Notes: generated by a model from the letters alone, not told the origin. A stretch of 64,000 nt of DNA from Antechinus flavipes (GCF_016432865.1 NC_067399.1:515468001-515532000); one strand, 5' to 3'. Numbered from the stretch's first letter, positions 27,166 through 41,884 are shown. Made by a program: numbers and translations.

Positions 27166-29171
27166 AAATACTACCAGGAGTGGTAAAAAGACTGAAGAGG
27201 GAAATATCATAATAATCTTGAAAAGGTAGATTATAAAGGGTCTCTGAGGATGGATTGGAGGACAAGACGAAGTAGGGAGATCAATCTGTAACAGTCTTGG
27301 GGAGAGGGCATAAATGTTTACATTAGACTAGTGTTACTGTAAGTGGATAAGAGAGGATGGATGCTAGATGTTGTGGAGGTAAACATTGATTCATAAGACA
27401 GTTCCTGCCCTTCAAGGAGTTTGTAAAATGATGAGGGAAAAACAAACCTATTTAACTATAATACAAGGCAGGATGTGATCAGTTCCATAAGAGAAGTATA
27501 AACAAAATAGTGTAGTAATTTTTTTAAAAGGCCACGTGGAATAAAGCCAGCAAGTCATTTGAGTTCCTGAGTTCTAAACATCTGTGGGCTAAGCTAATCC
27601 AGTATCTTCAGATAAAGCCCCCAGAAGGTAGGCTTGGAAGGTCTTCCGGATTGACTAAGGCTGGCTCTCAGCTGCAGCCATCCAGACTTGAGGTCATAAA
27701 GATCTCAATGATGACAGCTGAGAGCCTGGTCTTCCCCATTCCATTCCCTTCCTTGTGACACTGATGACCTGATTGATATCTGTTAAAAAATTTTTGTCAA
27801 ATCCTTAGCCTAGAATTGAAGACCTTCCACATTCTGAATGCAATTTTCATTTTCGGCCTTAACATCTTTCTCATACCATCCCCTTAGCTCAGGCTAGACT
27901 GGTTTACAAATTGTCTCCAGAATATACTACAGACATTTCAGCCTGCAAACCTTTACTATTTCCTCTTGGTTCTCCACATTCTATTTATCCTTCAAAGCCT
28001 GGTTTAGTCCTTAAACATGAAACTTTCCCTGAACATCACAACACATAATTATACCTCCTTTCTCATAGCTTGTATACTGATATAACTTGTATAATGTTGT
28101 AGTCAAGAATTTTATGAACCTCTCATTTGGTCCTTGCAGCACCTCTGAGCTAAATATTATCAAGGGAGGAGTGCTGAATTTGAGAGTCAGGACCTAGTCT
28201 GAATCCCATCTCTGAAAACTATTACCAACAGAACCTGGACAAGTTATTTTCCTTTCTGTGCTTCAGCTACTTTATTTGTAAAAAAGGTAGAAGTAGATAA
28301 TATGATCCTTGAGGTTCCATCTAGCTCTGTGTCTATGATCCTTTGCTTTCCGTTTTTTGGTTGAGGAAACTAAGACTTAGAAAAGTTCATTGATGTCTTC
28401 AAGATCATTTAAGTGAGATTGAAATCCAGATCTCTTTTCAGTTTTTTTTTCCATTGCCCTTTCCATTATTTCTATCTTATTTCTCAGCAGTTCTTTATTA
28501 ATAAATAAATGCGACAGCAATCCTGTAAGCCAGTAATGTAAGTATCCCTATTTTATAAAAGAATAAATTGATATTAGAGAAGTCATGTAATTTGTGGCTG
28601 TCTGAGTTACTGGAATCCAGGTCTTCTCTGCTCCCTTTACCTTCACCCCCCATTATTCCATTTTGCCTTGTGTGTAGAGTGATGTGGTCCTCACTATACT
28701 TTATGAGAACAGGAGCAGGATGATGTTATCTTCTACAGGGTCTACCTAGCATGGAGTAGGTTACAAAGACAGTTGGTAAATAGCTCTTAAATGAATGAGG
28801 GAGAAGGAACAAGAATTGGGTGAGGAAAAGAGAGTGAAAGGAAAATGACAGAGTATAGGGAGTGGGAGGGCAGCCCTGGATCTTATAAGATCTAAGAGGC
28901 ACCAGGAATGGTAAATAGACTGAAGATTATGTGAAGGTAAATATAATTATCTTAGGTCTCTCACGAATTTGAGCTTGGAGAACCCAGAATACAAATTCTT
29001 AAAGTTGTGTGAGGATATTCCTTTGAATCTGTCTTCAGTGTTGATTCTGCTCTTTCCCAGTCCCCAAGTTCCTGCTTCAAAAACTTTAGATATTTGGAAT
29101 GATGGTGGATAGGCTAATTGTGAGGTGAAAGGGGCTATTGAGAGAAAGCCCATTTAATCCAGAAATTTTAA

Positions 29172-29396
<225 letters not shown>

Positions 29397-29606
29397 TAAG
29401 GAAGCCTTTGTTGGAGAATGGGGCACAAAGCTTTTCACCTTCCTCAAAAGTGGTTCTGGTTTGTCTATGGGGGATAGGGGTTATAAGAAAGTGGTTGGGG
29501 CTGCTAGGGCTGAAAATGGTTAGTTCTGGTGGGATGAGTTGTTGAGCATCCCTTGGGGCAGGCTGTCAAATTTGGGTGGAGGTACTGTTCTTGATGGTTT
29601 CAGTGA

Positions 29607-29735
<129 letters not shown>

Positions 29736-30083
29736 TAATCAGCCAAACCTTGTCCTCCCTTGCTCCTTTTCTCTCTGTGGTCCTTTCCTAAACACTCTTA
29801 GCCCATGAGTAGTTGTCTGGCCATTTGGACTTGCTTTCAAATTGTCCTTCCAGGGAATTCTGAGACAAAAGGTGTCTGAGCCAGTCAGTGAACTAGGGTC
29901 CCCACAAACAATCTGGTTTTTAATCAGGGTACATGAGTGTGGCAGGCTGAATGAGCCTTTTTTCCAGAAGAGTTTCTATCTTTTGCTATTGAGGTGGGCT
30001 GATTGTGTTCTTTAGGGTTCAGCTCTGAGAACTTCCATGGTTATGGCCCCTCTTTTACTCCTACTTCAATGGCATTTGGATAA

Positions 30084-30497
<414 letters not shown>

Positions 30498-32862
30498 GTC
30501 CTTTAGTTAATAGGAGTTATAGGTAAGGTACATCCCAATAATCTGGACAGTTGGATCCTACTTCTGGCTTGAGTGAGTTCTGGCAAACCAGGGATAAAAT
30601 GGAGGAGCAGGAAGCAGGGGCTTTTTCCCTTTGGCAGATTTACCTGACCCCAGATGGTTAGGAGGCCAGGACTACTCCATGTCTTAACTTGGATACTGGA
30701 GGAATACTATATACATTCCATCAAACTCTGGAAGTCTCAGAGTTATGAGATAGATTACATGTAGACGTCTCAGGGAGGTAGTGAAAAGTGCATTTGTCTA
30801 GGAATCAGGCTATTTGGATTCTAGGCCTGGGTCTACTACCCTTGGCAAAAGGGTACTCAGGTATCTCTAGGCTAAACATAGTTTTATTTCTCCATCTGTA
30901 AAATGGAAATAAAAATACCAGTTGAGGAGAAAAGATCTTGAGCATTACCATTTCCAGGTATGGTTATCTGTCAGTTCACAGGGTTCATTTCATTTTAGGT
31001 GTAATTCTTTGGTATCCAATTGGGTTCCAAACAAATGTTGGATTGGCTTCTTAATGTTAGAAGTCCTAGACTGCTCCCCTTTTAGATAATCCCCAATCCA
31101 AATGTATCCTATAGTTATATTTGGGTTTATGTGTGATGATGTAAGTTTACAAAAAAATTTTCAGGGTTCTTTTTTAAAGCGGCAGCTTTCATCTAGGTTA
31201 TTTGCTTATTTTATTAACAACAGTGTGGGTAGTGATGGTGTGCCTGTGGTTAAACTTGCAGAAGTATCAGGGAGCTGTTAAGTTGAAAGAGAATAAAATA
31301 TCTCTGAAGTGATCACAGGTTTGACTTACTAAATTCCAAATATAGGAGCACTCCTATATATTGTATATGAGGTGTACGTGTTTGATTATAGTCTATTTAC
31401 CTGAAAAAGAGTGGAGGAAGTTGGTTATCAGATGTCAAGTATCTTTGGAGAACGGATGACTGGAAAGGATTGAAATGTCTGAGAAACAGAGATTCATGTT
31501 TTATTCCCACCCCTAATCCAGGAGATGCTTTCCTGGCTTCTTTACCTCCGATTTTCTTCTCAGGGATTCCAAGTACCTTCTGTTACTGGCATGGTGCTTA
31601 AGATCTCTTGGGGAGCTGTAACTATGATGCCCACATTCAGAATCTGTTCTCTTCAAAGGGAAACTTCACCAAATCTTTTGAATTTGGGGCTTTGCTTGGG
31701 AAGACATTCCCATTAGTGATATCATTGTATAATAAAAGATCTCCTGGGGAGAAAGATTTTGTTTAGTATTTGGTGTGGGGAGGAGTGAGTAATACTTATA
31801 GTTGGAATGTGGTTGGTAGCAGGATAAGGGCCATAAAATTTTAAGCCATATTTGTTTATTTATAAAGTCATTAAGGCTTGTTTCTGAACCAGATATGGCT
31901 GGGTTGACATGTTTCCTTAGACTAAAACATTGGCTAAATGTTTTGTGGTTGAGGCTTGCCCAATGAAGGCATCCTTGCCTATTATTTGGAGCCATCATAG
32001 ACAGTCTGGCTCTACCTCAGGTGCTAAGGGCCCTAGGAAACTGGGCTGATTTTAGTGCTGTATCAGGTGGCTGCGTCAGCTCTTGGTTTCTCCATTTCTA
32101 TTTGGAAAACCTTTGAGCTCCTTACAAAATAACATTCCCTATTTAAGGTCTAGATAGCTTGGCAATTCCTGTGCTTGCTTTATATATTGAAATTTTTATT
32201 GTTCTTGTTAATTCTTACAGAATAAAGCATGTCTTTACCACTATCCCATTAAACGGTTAAGCTACAACTACCTGGTGCTGTGAATGATCAGTATACAGAG
32301 ATCTTGGTGTGAACAATATTTTTAAATCTTAGTTTTTTCTAGCCTTTTTTAAATTTAGGCAGTATGCCATGTTGGGTTTCTGTTCCAGTTCCCTTTTGTA
32401 ACTGTGTACTAGTCACTTAACCTAAGCTTTAGTTTTTTCATCTATAAAATGAAATTATTTGATTATCTCATGGAGGTATAGTGACAAGCTTTGTAAATTG
32501 TCACAGGTATGGGTTTTCTTTCATTGTCCAGAAGATGGAGGGCTTTGCCTGGGAGAGACTGTTCTATTAGTGACATCATTGTTTCTATGATAACCCAAAA
32601 TTCTCTGAAAAAAGATAGGGATTTGGGGTATTTGGAACAGAAGAAATTTAAAGGGGCAAAAAAGTATTATGTGGTGTAATTCTTGGAATCCTATGTGAAA
32701 GAAAGAATCAAGGAAGTGTCACTATCCTCTGAGATCAATCTAAATGTCGAGAGCTTAGACCAGTGCGATACAGCCAAAAGAAGGGGCCTGTTTCCAGCTC
32801 ATTTAGGAAATTTTGTGGCCAGTCCAGAGAAGACAAAACACAAATTAGGTAAAACAGCTGAC

Positions 32863-32868
32863 TTTATT
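32863..32868 (-). terminator. Candidate SDR39U1 polyadenylation signal AATAAA
   Basis: tttatt on + strand about 640 nt past the stop codon; position only. Confidence 0.3.
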
Positions 32869-33504
32869 GTATGTACACTATAGTGTTAATATATACATCT
32901 TGAGGGAGAAATGATAAGATAAAGACTCCTGGCTTTCCATGGAGATCCAGAAAAAGGGGATGGGGGGATAGAGTGGGTGATCCAAGATAACCTAAGTAGT
33001 GATGTGTGACAAGTGCCTTTATATACATACACATTGTTATAATTGCTATGTTGGAAGAAACCAGATTTCATCCAGACAAATGATTTCTTTAGCGGAGCAA
33101 ACAGCTGCAGAAACAAATTGGGTTCAAGGCTCTTTGTAGTCACAGATATAGTTGTTATACATTTTGGAAGGAGTGAAAAACAAGAATAAGATTATAGGGA
33201 TTGAGAGACCTGGTTTCTTATTGGAGAGAGTTAAGAGACATTCAGATGAAAAGAAGGGGAGTTTTGTGACATTAAGTCAAATGACAAATGGGAGGAAAAA
33301 TCTTAATGTCTCCAAAATTAGATGATTTCCAAGAAATTGAAATTTAACTTTACAAAATGGTGGTTAAGGGTAAAATGGAGTTGCTAATGTTAGTTCTGTC
33401 ATATATTGTAAAGCTTCAGGAAAACGTTTAAGGATTGATTATATATACAGAAGTAAGATTTAAAAAGATAGCCCCTATCAGAGAAAAAAGACCTTTGAGC
33501 CCCT

Positions 33505-33917
33505 TCAAGACACAGCTTGCTTCAGAGCAGCCTCCAGCTCTGGAAAGACATATTGATAGCCACTAGCTAGAGTCCTTCGAGGTATTACTTTTTGACCCTC
33601 TAGCAGCATAACTGCACGTTCCCGACCAAAGATTGCTTGGACAGCAGGGCTAGGCAGAGGAAGGAAGGCAGGGCGGTGCAGGGCAGCACCCAAGGCTTTG
33701 GCAAACTCAGCATTGGTGGTAGAGGATGCTGGAGAAACCCCATTCAAGATACCATTAACATGGCTGTTCTCTATGGCATGGACCAAGATCCTCGACATGT
33801 CCTCAATGTGGATCCAGGGAAAGAACTGTCGGCCTGAACCAATAGGCCCACCAAGGCCTAGGCGGAAGGGCAGCAGCATGTGACTGATGGCACCACCCCC
33901 ACGGCCCAGCACAGCAC
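33505..33917 (-). CDS. SDR39U1: SDR39U1 exon 6 (VLGRGGGA...FRLGLGGPIGSGRQFFPWIHIED...LLEGQKVIP)
   Basis: 413 bp; TIGR01777/DUF1731-type epimerase C-terminus; TGA at 33507-33505. Confidence 0.96.
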
Positions 33918-34328
33918 CTGGTATACATCAGAACATTATACAGGACAGGACTGTAGTTCTACAGGACTGGGTAGTTCTATTGCTTCCTTATTTGGCCCCT
34001 TAGATTGATATCTTTCTGTCCACTTTTCTAGGTACCCTCCCATTTTGTTTTTCATTCCATTCTACTTTAGGCTTTTGTCAGAACCAGTGGCAGGGCCATT
34101 TGAGTGTTATTTTTAACACTTTAATTGGGGATTCAAAGCTCACCATTCCAGCCCACCTCTTTGCCTTGAAAGACTGGCTCTAATAACAATTCTCTGGAAC
34201 TGAGATGTTATATATTTTTTTCCTTCTTAAATGCATATCCCCACATTTCCTAATTTGCTTCTTTCCCCACCCGGCTCACTTCATTCTGGTCCTAAGAGAA
34301 TGTTCCAAACCCAACCTAGCCCCCTCAC

Positions 34329-34472
34329 CAGAGCGGACCACAACCTGACGTGTGGTATCCCCAGGGAGCTTGGCTGCTGCTTCCCATTTGGACACCAGAT
34401 TTGAGAAGAAGTCAAAGTTTCCACCAGGGCTGTCCTCGTCATATTCTGCCGTCAGACTGGGCTGGTAATAAG
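34329..34472 (-). CDS. SDR39U1: SDR39U1 exon 5 (YYQPSLTAEYDEDSPGGNFDFFSNLVSKWEAAA...)
   Basis: 144 bp, AG/GT, frame consistent. Confidence 0.95.
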
Positions 34473-35008
34473 CTGTCAGAGAAAGAATGTCCCTGTGTCA
34501 TCCAGCTTCACGAATTACTTCAATGCTGATTTGCTGCATTAGTATCCACAAATTCTGTAACTCTTCTCTAAGATCTCTAAGATCTCTTCTAGCACTTTTT
34601 TAAGGGACACCAGAGCTATTATAATAACTCATTCCTCTGTACATCACCTTTGTTGGTTTGGATTAGGGAATCCAATTCTAGGGGTCTTTCCTTTGGATAG
34701 CTCAGATAAAGTATAGAAGTTATCATTTTCATTAGGCCTATTTTGTACATATATGAGTGATGGGAGAAAGGGGTTATGTCTTTCTGATGTTGAAAAGAAT
34801 GTCATCCTTTTCTACTTCCCTGAGATTTTAGTTCCAAAATGATAGCACTAGGGCACAAGAAGCCATGTATGCCTCTTCCAGGGGTCAAAGTATTATTTTC
34901 CGGGCATTAAGATAAGACCAAGACTCTAGTCTTACTAGGGAGAGGGCAGAGCTCAAGCTGCACCCCTCCCCAATTTCCCTAGAGCAGGAGATAAGGTCTG
35001 TGATATAC

Positions 35009-35130
35009 CTATGCCTGTAACCAAGACCCAGGCCTGGGGAGGCTGCTTGGCCTTGGCAATAGCTGTAGCCAATTTGCGGGTAGTGTCTAGACGGCTGTTG
35101 ACAAGGTCCTTCCGGTAGGCCTCATTCCAC
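35009..35130 (-). CDS. SDR39U1: SDR39U1 exon 4 (WNEAYRKDLVNSRLDTTRKLA...)
   Basis: 122 bp, AG/GT, frame consistent. Confidence 0.94.
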
Positions 35131-35474
35131 CTGTAGACAGTGGGAAGAGGTAAATCTCAATAATCTCAAAGCTACCTTACATTCAGCATTTTGACCATTT
35201 TTGTCATCTCTAGGCCCAATGGTTTTCAAAAGACTTCCCTGCTGAAGACAGAGTCACTTCTGAGCCCTCCCATCCATAGCTCCCTCAGTATACCTTAAGG
35301 ATCCATGTGTGACAGAGAGGCCATAGAAGAATGGGGGATTCTTAAGGGAGTCTGATCATTCCCTAACTATCATTCCACAAAGTCCATAGCAGTAATAATG
35401 GATTTTTGAGAATTCCCTTAAATTCCCCTTCCTCTGCCTCTGAGAATACTCTCTCCCAAGCTCTCAAGAGTGAC

Positions 35475-35557
35475 CTTCGGAAGGGATTGAGGACGTTCTC
35501 CCCAGCCAAGTTGACCACAGCTTCGCAGGGGGGCAACCCAAAGTTGGTAAGCTCATT
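35475..35557 (-). CDS. SDR39U1: SDR39U1 exon 3 (NELTNFGLPPCEAVVNLAGENVLNPFRR)
   Basis: 83 bp; NLAGE motif; weak donor AG|GTCACT. Confidence 0.92.
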
Positions 35558-36164
35558 CTGTGGAAGAAAGCAAAAGATTCCATCAGGGCAGGTTTTTCTC
35601 ACCCCCACCCACTTTATCTTTTGGGACACAACATGCTTTAAAGAAAGCAGGACCATCAATGAAAAAAAAAAAAAAAACTGTAGAAGGAGTATCTCTTAAA
35701 TGCAAATTCTTAATGTGTTACCTTTACCAAGACAAGTGTTAAAAAATTCAGTTTTGATGGTGTCAAGAAATTCTTAGGAGACATCCTATTTTCCATAGCC
35801 AAGGCCCAGCAAGCAAGCTTAATAACACCTTCTGGAGCTGAAGGAGCTGGGCCCGGCTTAGTCACGAGACAACCTTGCCTAACTCAGGCTCTGATGCCCC
35901 CTGCTGTCCCTACGGACACCCGTCTAGCCCCAGGTAAATAAATCAAGGTTCATCCGCACTAGGGAACGACCCTCATACCCGCTCCCTAGCGGCGGGCCCG
36001 GGACAGGTGTTTTCCCTCATTTGTAAATTAAACTTGTTTCATTTCTGACTCTCCAGGCTCTAGTCATCCTGCACAACAGTAAGGTTTTTGGGTGAGACAA
36101 CGGAATGCCCCGGATGGGAGGGAGGGAGACGGTTCTGCCGGGGCCTGACATCTCCCCTACCTAC

Positions 36165-36271
36165 CCAAGTGATGCGATTGGCACCAGGCTGCCGGGAGAC
36201 CACGGTCACCTCGTGTCCTCGGGAGTGCAGTAGGTGAGTCAGGGCCCGCCCGATGAAGCCCGTTCCACCGC
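36165..36271 (-). CDS. SDR39U1: SDR39U1 exon 2 (GGGTGFIGRALTHLLHSRGHEVTVVSRQPG)
   Basis: 107 bp; Rossmann GxxGxxG motif. Confidence 0.96.
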
Positions 36272-36669
36272 CTGGACAGAAAGCAGACCGGCCTTCACCG
36301 GGGCACGGCGCCCCACCCCCTAGAGCCCCGGGATCCTCCCCCTCCCGCCTTCTCGATTGCCTAGGCTCCTCCTCCTTTCCCTGAGCCCGGCCTCTCCTTC
36401 GCTCCGGTATCTTCCCCCTCCTCTTCCTCAAGGGCCCTCCCCTCTCCATCCCCTACCTCCCCTCTCCCCGACAAACTCCTCCCTCCCGGTCCTTCGTCAG
36501 GGCGCCTCCCCCGGAGACTGCAGAGAGGTTCGGGGGACGGGGGCAAGGTCAGGCTGTCAGCGCCCTGCTGGGATCGCGGCGAATCGGGGTTTACAATTCC
36601 TTTACCCTCCACCTTCCTAACTGAGGTCTCCGGCCTGACCCTCCCTCCCCCGTCCGTCGCCCAGCTCAC

Positions 36670-36685
36670 CTATGAGCACCTTCAT
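36670..36685 (-). CDS. SDR39U1: SDR39U1 exon 1 coding part (MKVLI)
   Basis: GCCGCCAAA ATG AAG GTG CTC ATA G|GTGAGC. Six exons total 885 bp (294 aa). Confidence 0.92.
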
Positions 36686-39002
36686 TTTGGCGGCTGTCGC
36701 TCTGTGCGCCTGCGTAGGTAGCAGGTCGCCGCCCCCCGGCGGAAGAACCCCTCCCTCTCTACGCCCGTGCTTCGGCTCGTGCGCCTTTAAACTCCGCAGG
36801 GCGTGGTGCGGCGAGTAGGAAGGGTTACGGAATCCGACTCTGGCCAACCGATGGTTCTTAAAGGGACCTGACGGGAGACGGAAACCTGCCGGCGGAGGAG
36901 TCTGGGAAAGGAAAGAAGCCCTCCCCTCTAGGATATGAGGCTGCAATCTTGCTTCTTTGGTAGACTGGCTTCAGATCCCGCATCCGGCGCTTCCTGGGAG
37001 ACCTCTCTGTGCCTCGGTTTCCATCTCTGTAAAATGAGGCGGTTGGACTTGGTGGCCTCCAAGGTCTTTCTCAGCATTAAATCTGTGACCGCCTCGAGAG
37101 TTGTGAAGAGAAGCCTGTGGAGACCTACAAAGTTAGGACGGACCCGGAGAGAAAAGTGGCTGCCCAGGTGGGCGGGTGTGCCCCGCGAGGGCTCGCGAGG
37201 CATCCATCTCCGCGCCTGGCTCGGGGTGGGAATCCCGGAGCCTCGGGCGGGCTGCGAGAGCTCCTGGAGAGAGAGGGTCGTCTTTTCTCTGTTACGGTTG
37301 GACTGGGTGATCCGAGATGCTTCCGAGCTCTCAAATTCTTGATTCTTTTTCCACGTAGACGTGGAAAGATAACTGAATTCAAAGGCTTATTTCATATCCT
37401 GCTTGTCCAGAACTCTTATCTTTAAAATGAGAGGGTTAGACTGAGTCTAAGGATCCTTTATTTCTAAAACCTTTTCTATTAAATTAGCCTTTAAGGGAAA
37501 TTGCAAAGATACTAGTGAAATATGCAATTCTTACGCCTGGGAGAGTAGATTTTCTTAACTTTAGGATTTACAAGTCAAATACTAAGAAGTCAAAATGATA
37601 CATTCCCTTTTAGACATGTTGAGTTGAAGATGTCCACTGGACGTCCAGTTTGAGATACATGAAATGCGGGTGGAGATTGAGATTGAAAGTCTGAAGAAAG
37701 GTTGGGACAAGTAGATTTGAGTCATCGTCATAGAGATGGTAAAGAAACAGTCAATAATATCCAACTAGGCACATGACTTTAGCTACTTACCAAACTAAAG
37801 ATAACCTATGTCGATGTTCTCTTCCACAGCCTCACTGGTATGAAGGTGCTCCTCCAAGTAGTTTTATTAATCAGATTTGCAGAAGGAGAAAATCCCTTTC
37901 TGTAAGTTACTTATCTGGGAGAATCAGGATATCCATATCTAGAAAGGAAATCTGGTGTGGTTTACAAAGAATATAATTTTCTCTAAGCTTTTTTCAATAT
38001 CTCAGTTTATATAATCCTAGAAATGCTGTGTTGTATTTTTTTCCCTCTAGTCAGTCAGTATATTTTAAAATTTCTTTTTCAATGGCCTTTTCATTCTTCT
38101 CTTGCCCTTTAAACTTGGCACTTCCTCATTGTTCTATCTGAAACATTCTCTTTATCCATGCTCTCTCCTGGGTGATCTTATCCACTCTAGTGATTTCATT
38201 TCATCACCTCTATGCAGAAAATCTTCAAAACTGTCAGCTTGCATTTTTTTCCTCCACAATTCTGGAGATCTTTATGTTGATGTTCTCACCCAGAAAACCA
38301 ACAGGTCTAAAACAGAAAATACCTTTTTACCAGGATCTCCCCCTCATTTTTACTTCCCCCATTTTCTTTTTTCATTAATGACACCAGACAACCATGTACA
38401 TTACCTTTTAGTCACCTCTGAATGCATTCACAGGCATTCTCTTTCTAATCAGTTAAGTACTTTAGTTTCTGTCTCTTGCAGATCTCTTCTGCCACTTCCT
38501 CTTTATTCCTATTGCTTCCCAGTTCCTGTCCTCTTCCTCTTTCTGGTCCTCTTTCTGGTATTTTCTTTAATGATGGTCTTTTGCTACACCAATCCATCTT
38601 CGTGCTTTCTTTCAAGTTTCAGCTAAAATCCTACCTTTCATGGTCTTCCTTAATTCTATTGCTTTCCCTATGAGGTTATATCCAATTTATCCCGTGTATA
38701 TCTCATTTATACACAGTTGTCTGCATATTGTCTTCCTCTCCTTGAGGGCAGTGGGGATGTCTTTTGTCTTTCCCCAACCCTTAACACAGTGTCTTGCACA
38801 TGGTAGGTCTCAATGCTTGACTTGTCTTTCCAAATAATTTGGTGTGAAAGATGGACCTGAGTTTGAAACCTGCCTCAGATGTGTGTCCTTGGACAAGTCA
38901 CTTAACTACTCTCTCAGTTTCCCTATCCACAAAATGGGGATAACAGCACCCTGATTTTAGGATTGTGGTGGGGACTGAAGAATGAGTTGTCATATGTAAA
39001 GT

Positions 39003-39696
39003 TGTGGTGTTTTTCTTCTTTAAAATATAATATAATGGTTTTCTCTGGGAGAGAGAACAGGTTTCTTGGGGAGGTTTTTCTGGAGGCAGCCTTAGTTTCA
39101 GTCAAAAGTAATAATCACCCAAATGCAGCCAGGTGATAAAAGTTCAGATCTTTTATTGTCTCCAATATAGCCCGGTTAGCTTAGAGGCCTATCTTTCTGC
39201 TTGGTTCCAAGAGCTTCCTCCGAATGTCTCCAAATCCAGAGGTTTGTCCTTCAGCCCAGCCAGCACAAAGGTGAATCTGTCTTGCCTCCTAGAGAGGGCT
39301 TCTGGCTCTTAATCTCCCAGAGGGCTCTGTGACTGCACCAGAGTGCTTCTCTCCAATCTAATTCAGCTGAACTCTCTTGACTGGGCTTATATATAACTTC
39401 TGAGAGAATGGGATTATGGATTTTCTCCCATAGTGCTCTCTGGCCCTAAGAGCTTCAACGGAGGTGTGAATTCGGATATCTCATACTAAATCCTGAAATC
39501 TCCCAAACCTGTGAACTTCACTGAGTAAAGGTGTGAACACAAGCATTGTATCAATTGGTTACTTAGTACCTTGTTTCAGGTTCTGGCCCAAAACATCTCC
39601 TTGTAAGATTAGATCAAGGATACTGAAGCATGCTAAATTAGATAATTATTGTCTCTATCAACTCTATTGACTTAGCAATTTGTAAAGATTCCAACA
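39003..39696 (-). mobile_element. Solo LTR inserted into a MIR
   Basis: TGTGG...CCAACA termini; near-TSD aagt/tagt; MIR tail resumes after it. Confidence 0.55.
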
Positions 39697-41573
39697 TAGT
39701 GTTATGTAAGTGCTATGATTATTGATGATCTGACTTAAATACTCTGTTATTGCCACCATTATTCACATAGTGTAAAGTCTTGATGTTGAACTCTTCCCTC
39801 TTTTTCCTTTTATGTAATCAATTTACCAACTCCTATTAATTTTACCTCTTCAATGTCTCCCACAACTCTTTGCTCTGACTTCCATTGCCACTACTTTAGT
39901 TATATATAGGCTTTTATTACCAATTGCTTGGACTGTTGCAATAGGTTTTCCTGATTATACTCTCTGTCTCCATCTATCATTCTCTACACCATTGTCACAT
40001 TAATCATTCCTGAATATAGACTGATCATGTTATACCTGTGATAAACATTTTTCAGTGGTTCCTTGCTGCCAGCCAAATAAAAAGTTCACACTCTTTTGCC
40101 TAGTATTTAAGACCTTCTTTAATCTGGCATTAAACTTTTTCTAGTATAAATTACACTATGTGGAATATAAAATACTTCCTTTTTATATGTGGTGCTCCAC
40201 TAAACCCAAACTATTTGTTCTCCCTAACCTTATCCTGAACTTTGCTTATACTGTTTCCTCCCACTGTTCCCTGTACCCAGAATATATTCTTTCCTGCTTT
40301 TATTGAATTCCTATTCATCTCTTAAAAGTCCAACTTAAAAGACAGCATCTGTATTGTCTTTATCATTCTTCATTTGATGAATTATTTCTTATTTTTGCAT
40401 AGGAAGTTGTACTTCTCTACTGCAGTTCCACTGTTTTGTTTTGAATAATAGTTCAAAGAATCATAGATCTAGAGCTGAAAAACTGAGAAATTAGATCTGG
40501 AGGGGGTTGAGTGGACTAATTCACGTCTCTTTCCCTCTCCCTCTTGTTTTCCTCTTACGGATTTCATTCTCTTTTTACTTCCCTTCTCATTCTTCTCATT
40601 TTCTCTCTCCATGTATTTTGCTCTCTCTCCATATCTCCTGGTCTAACTCCACTTTCAACTCTCCCTTGTCTCACTTTTTCTTTCTTCTGTTCCTCATGGC
40701 TTTATATCACCAGCATCTAATTTCCCAGTTTTTCAGTGAATATTTCTATAGAGTATGTCAATTTTAGAAATCTTCTTCAGTTCAGGATGAGCAAAAACGA
40801 AACAAAACAAAACAAACCTTCTGAGATTTTTTCTTCTGTGTAAGTTGTGACAACTCTCTCTTCGTTGATCTTTTCCCCTTCCATCTTTATTTTCCCTTAG
40901 CTCTCAGTCATATCCATCAATATACAAATTTCTTTGGAGTACATGTACTTTGTTGAACCCATTTACTCGACTGAGTTTCTCTAAATATACAGCTTTATTT
41001 AGATTAATGAATTTTTTTAAGGTTTTTTTTTTTTTCCACATCACTAATGTAGTTATAATTATTGTTTGGAGGTGAGAATAGAATCTGTTCAAATGAATTA
41101 AAATGACTTTAAACATCTGAAGTCTTATTGTTTGGTATCTGTCTAAATATCTTAAGTTCTATAACAGTACTTTTTATTGGCCCAAGACAAGGACAGGGAT
41201 CATTCATTCAATGACATTTTATTTAGTACAATACTTTTTAAACTTTACAGTCTTAAGCTTCTGTTGTTTTATTTTACCCTTTCCCTTAATTCTCTAATAA
41301 CTTTTTAAAAAATGGACAATTTTTCATTTGAATGTGAGGACAGAGGATTTTTGTCTCTTCTTGGAATTAGAAGTTTTCTGGGGAAACCAACTACCAAGAA
41401 GCAGTGACTAATAGCTTTAGAAGACTGGACATTCAAATAGTCTTCTACAATATAAAATCTAGAATTCTTAGGAGAGTTTAGCTTCATGTCACAGCTGCAT
41501 ATTCCAATTGGCTGAAGTTGGCTTTTTTCCTCTCCAAGATTATGATGCTTAAAGGAAAAACCCTTAGTTATAA

Positions 41574-41884
41574 TTGTAATGTCCAGACTAGCTCTCTGGA
41601 GGACCTCAGGATCAGCCAGAGTCGTTGGTCTTTACGTGGTGAAGTGAAAGAGGCAGGAGAGCCGACACTGGCTGTTCAAAGATGGAGTCTAGAGTCTGGA
41701 GCCTAAAGTCTTCTCTGGCTGAGAGCCATGGGTGAGAATGCCGTGGCTAAGAGAGTCCTCTGTCCCTCCCCCAGCCCTTAAATCCTTCAGTAGGTTTACC
41801 TTGCTACACCACATTAAGCATGTGCAGCCCTAAGCACCATACTGTGATTCAAGTATACCTTTTCAGAGTTCCGGCCCACTATCA
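41574..41884 (-). mobile_element. Probable short LTR
   Basis: TGTAA...ATCA ends and a GC-richer block in AT-rich context; boundaries approximate. Confidence 0.3.

Larger units (their letters stand above)
35880..37330 (-). promoter_or_regulatory. SDR39U1 CpG-island promoter
   Basis: Dense CpG/GC around exons 1-2; ETS-like GGAAG and GC-box motifs upstream of the ATG. Confidence 0.8.
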
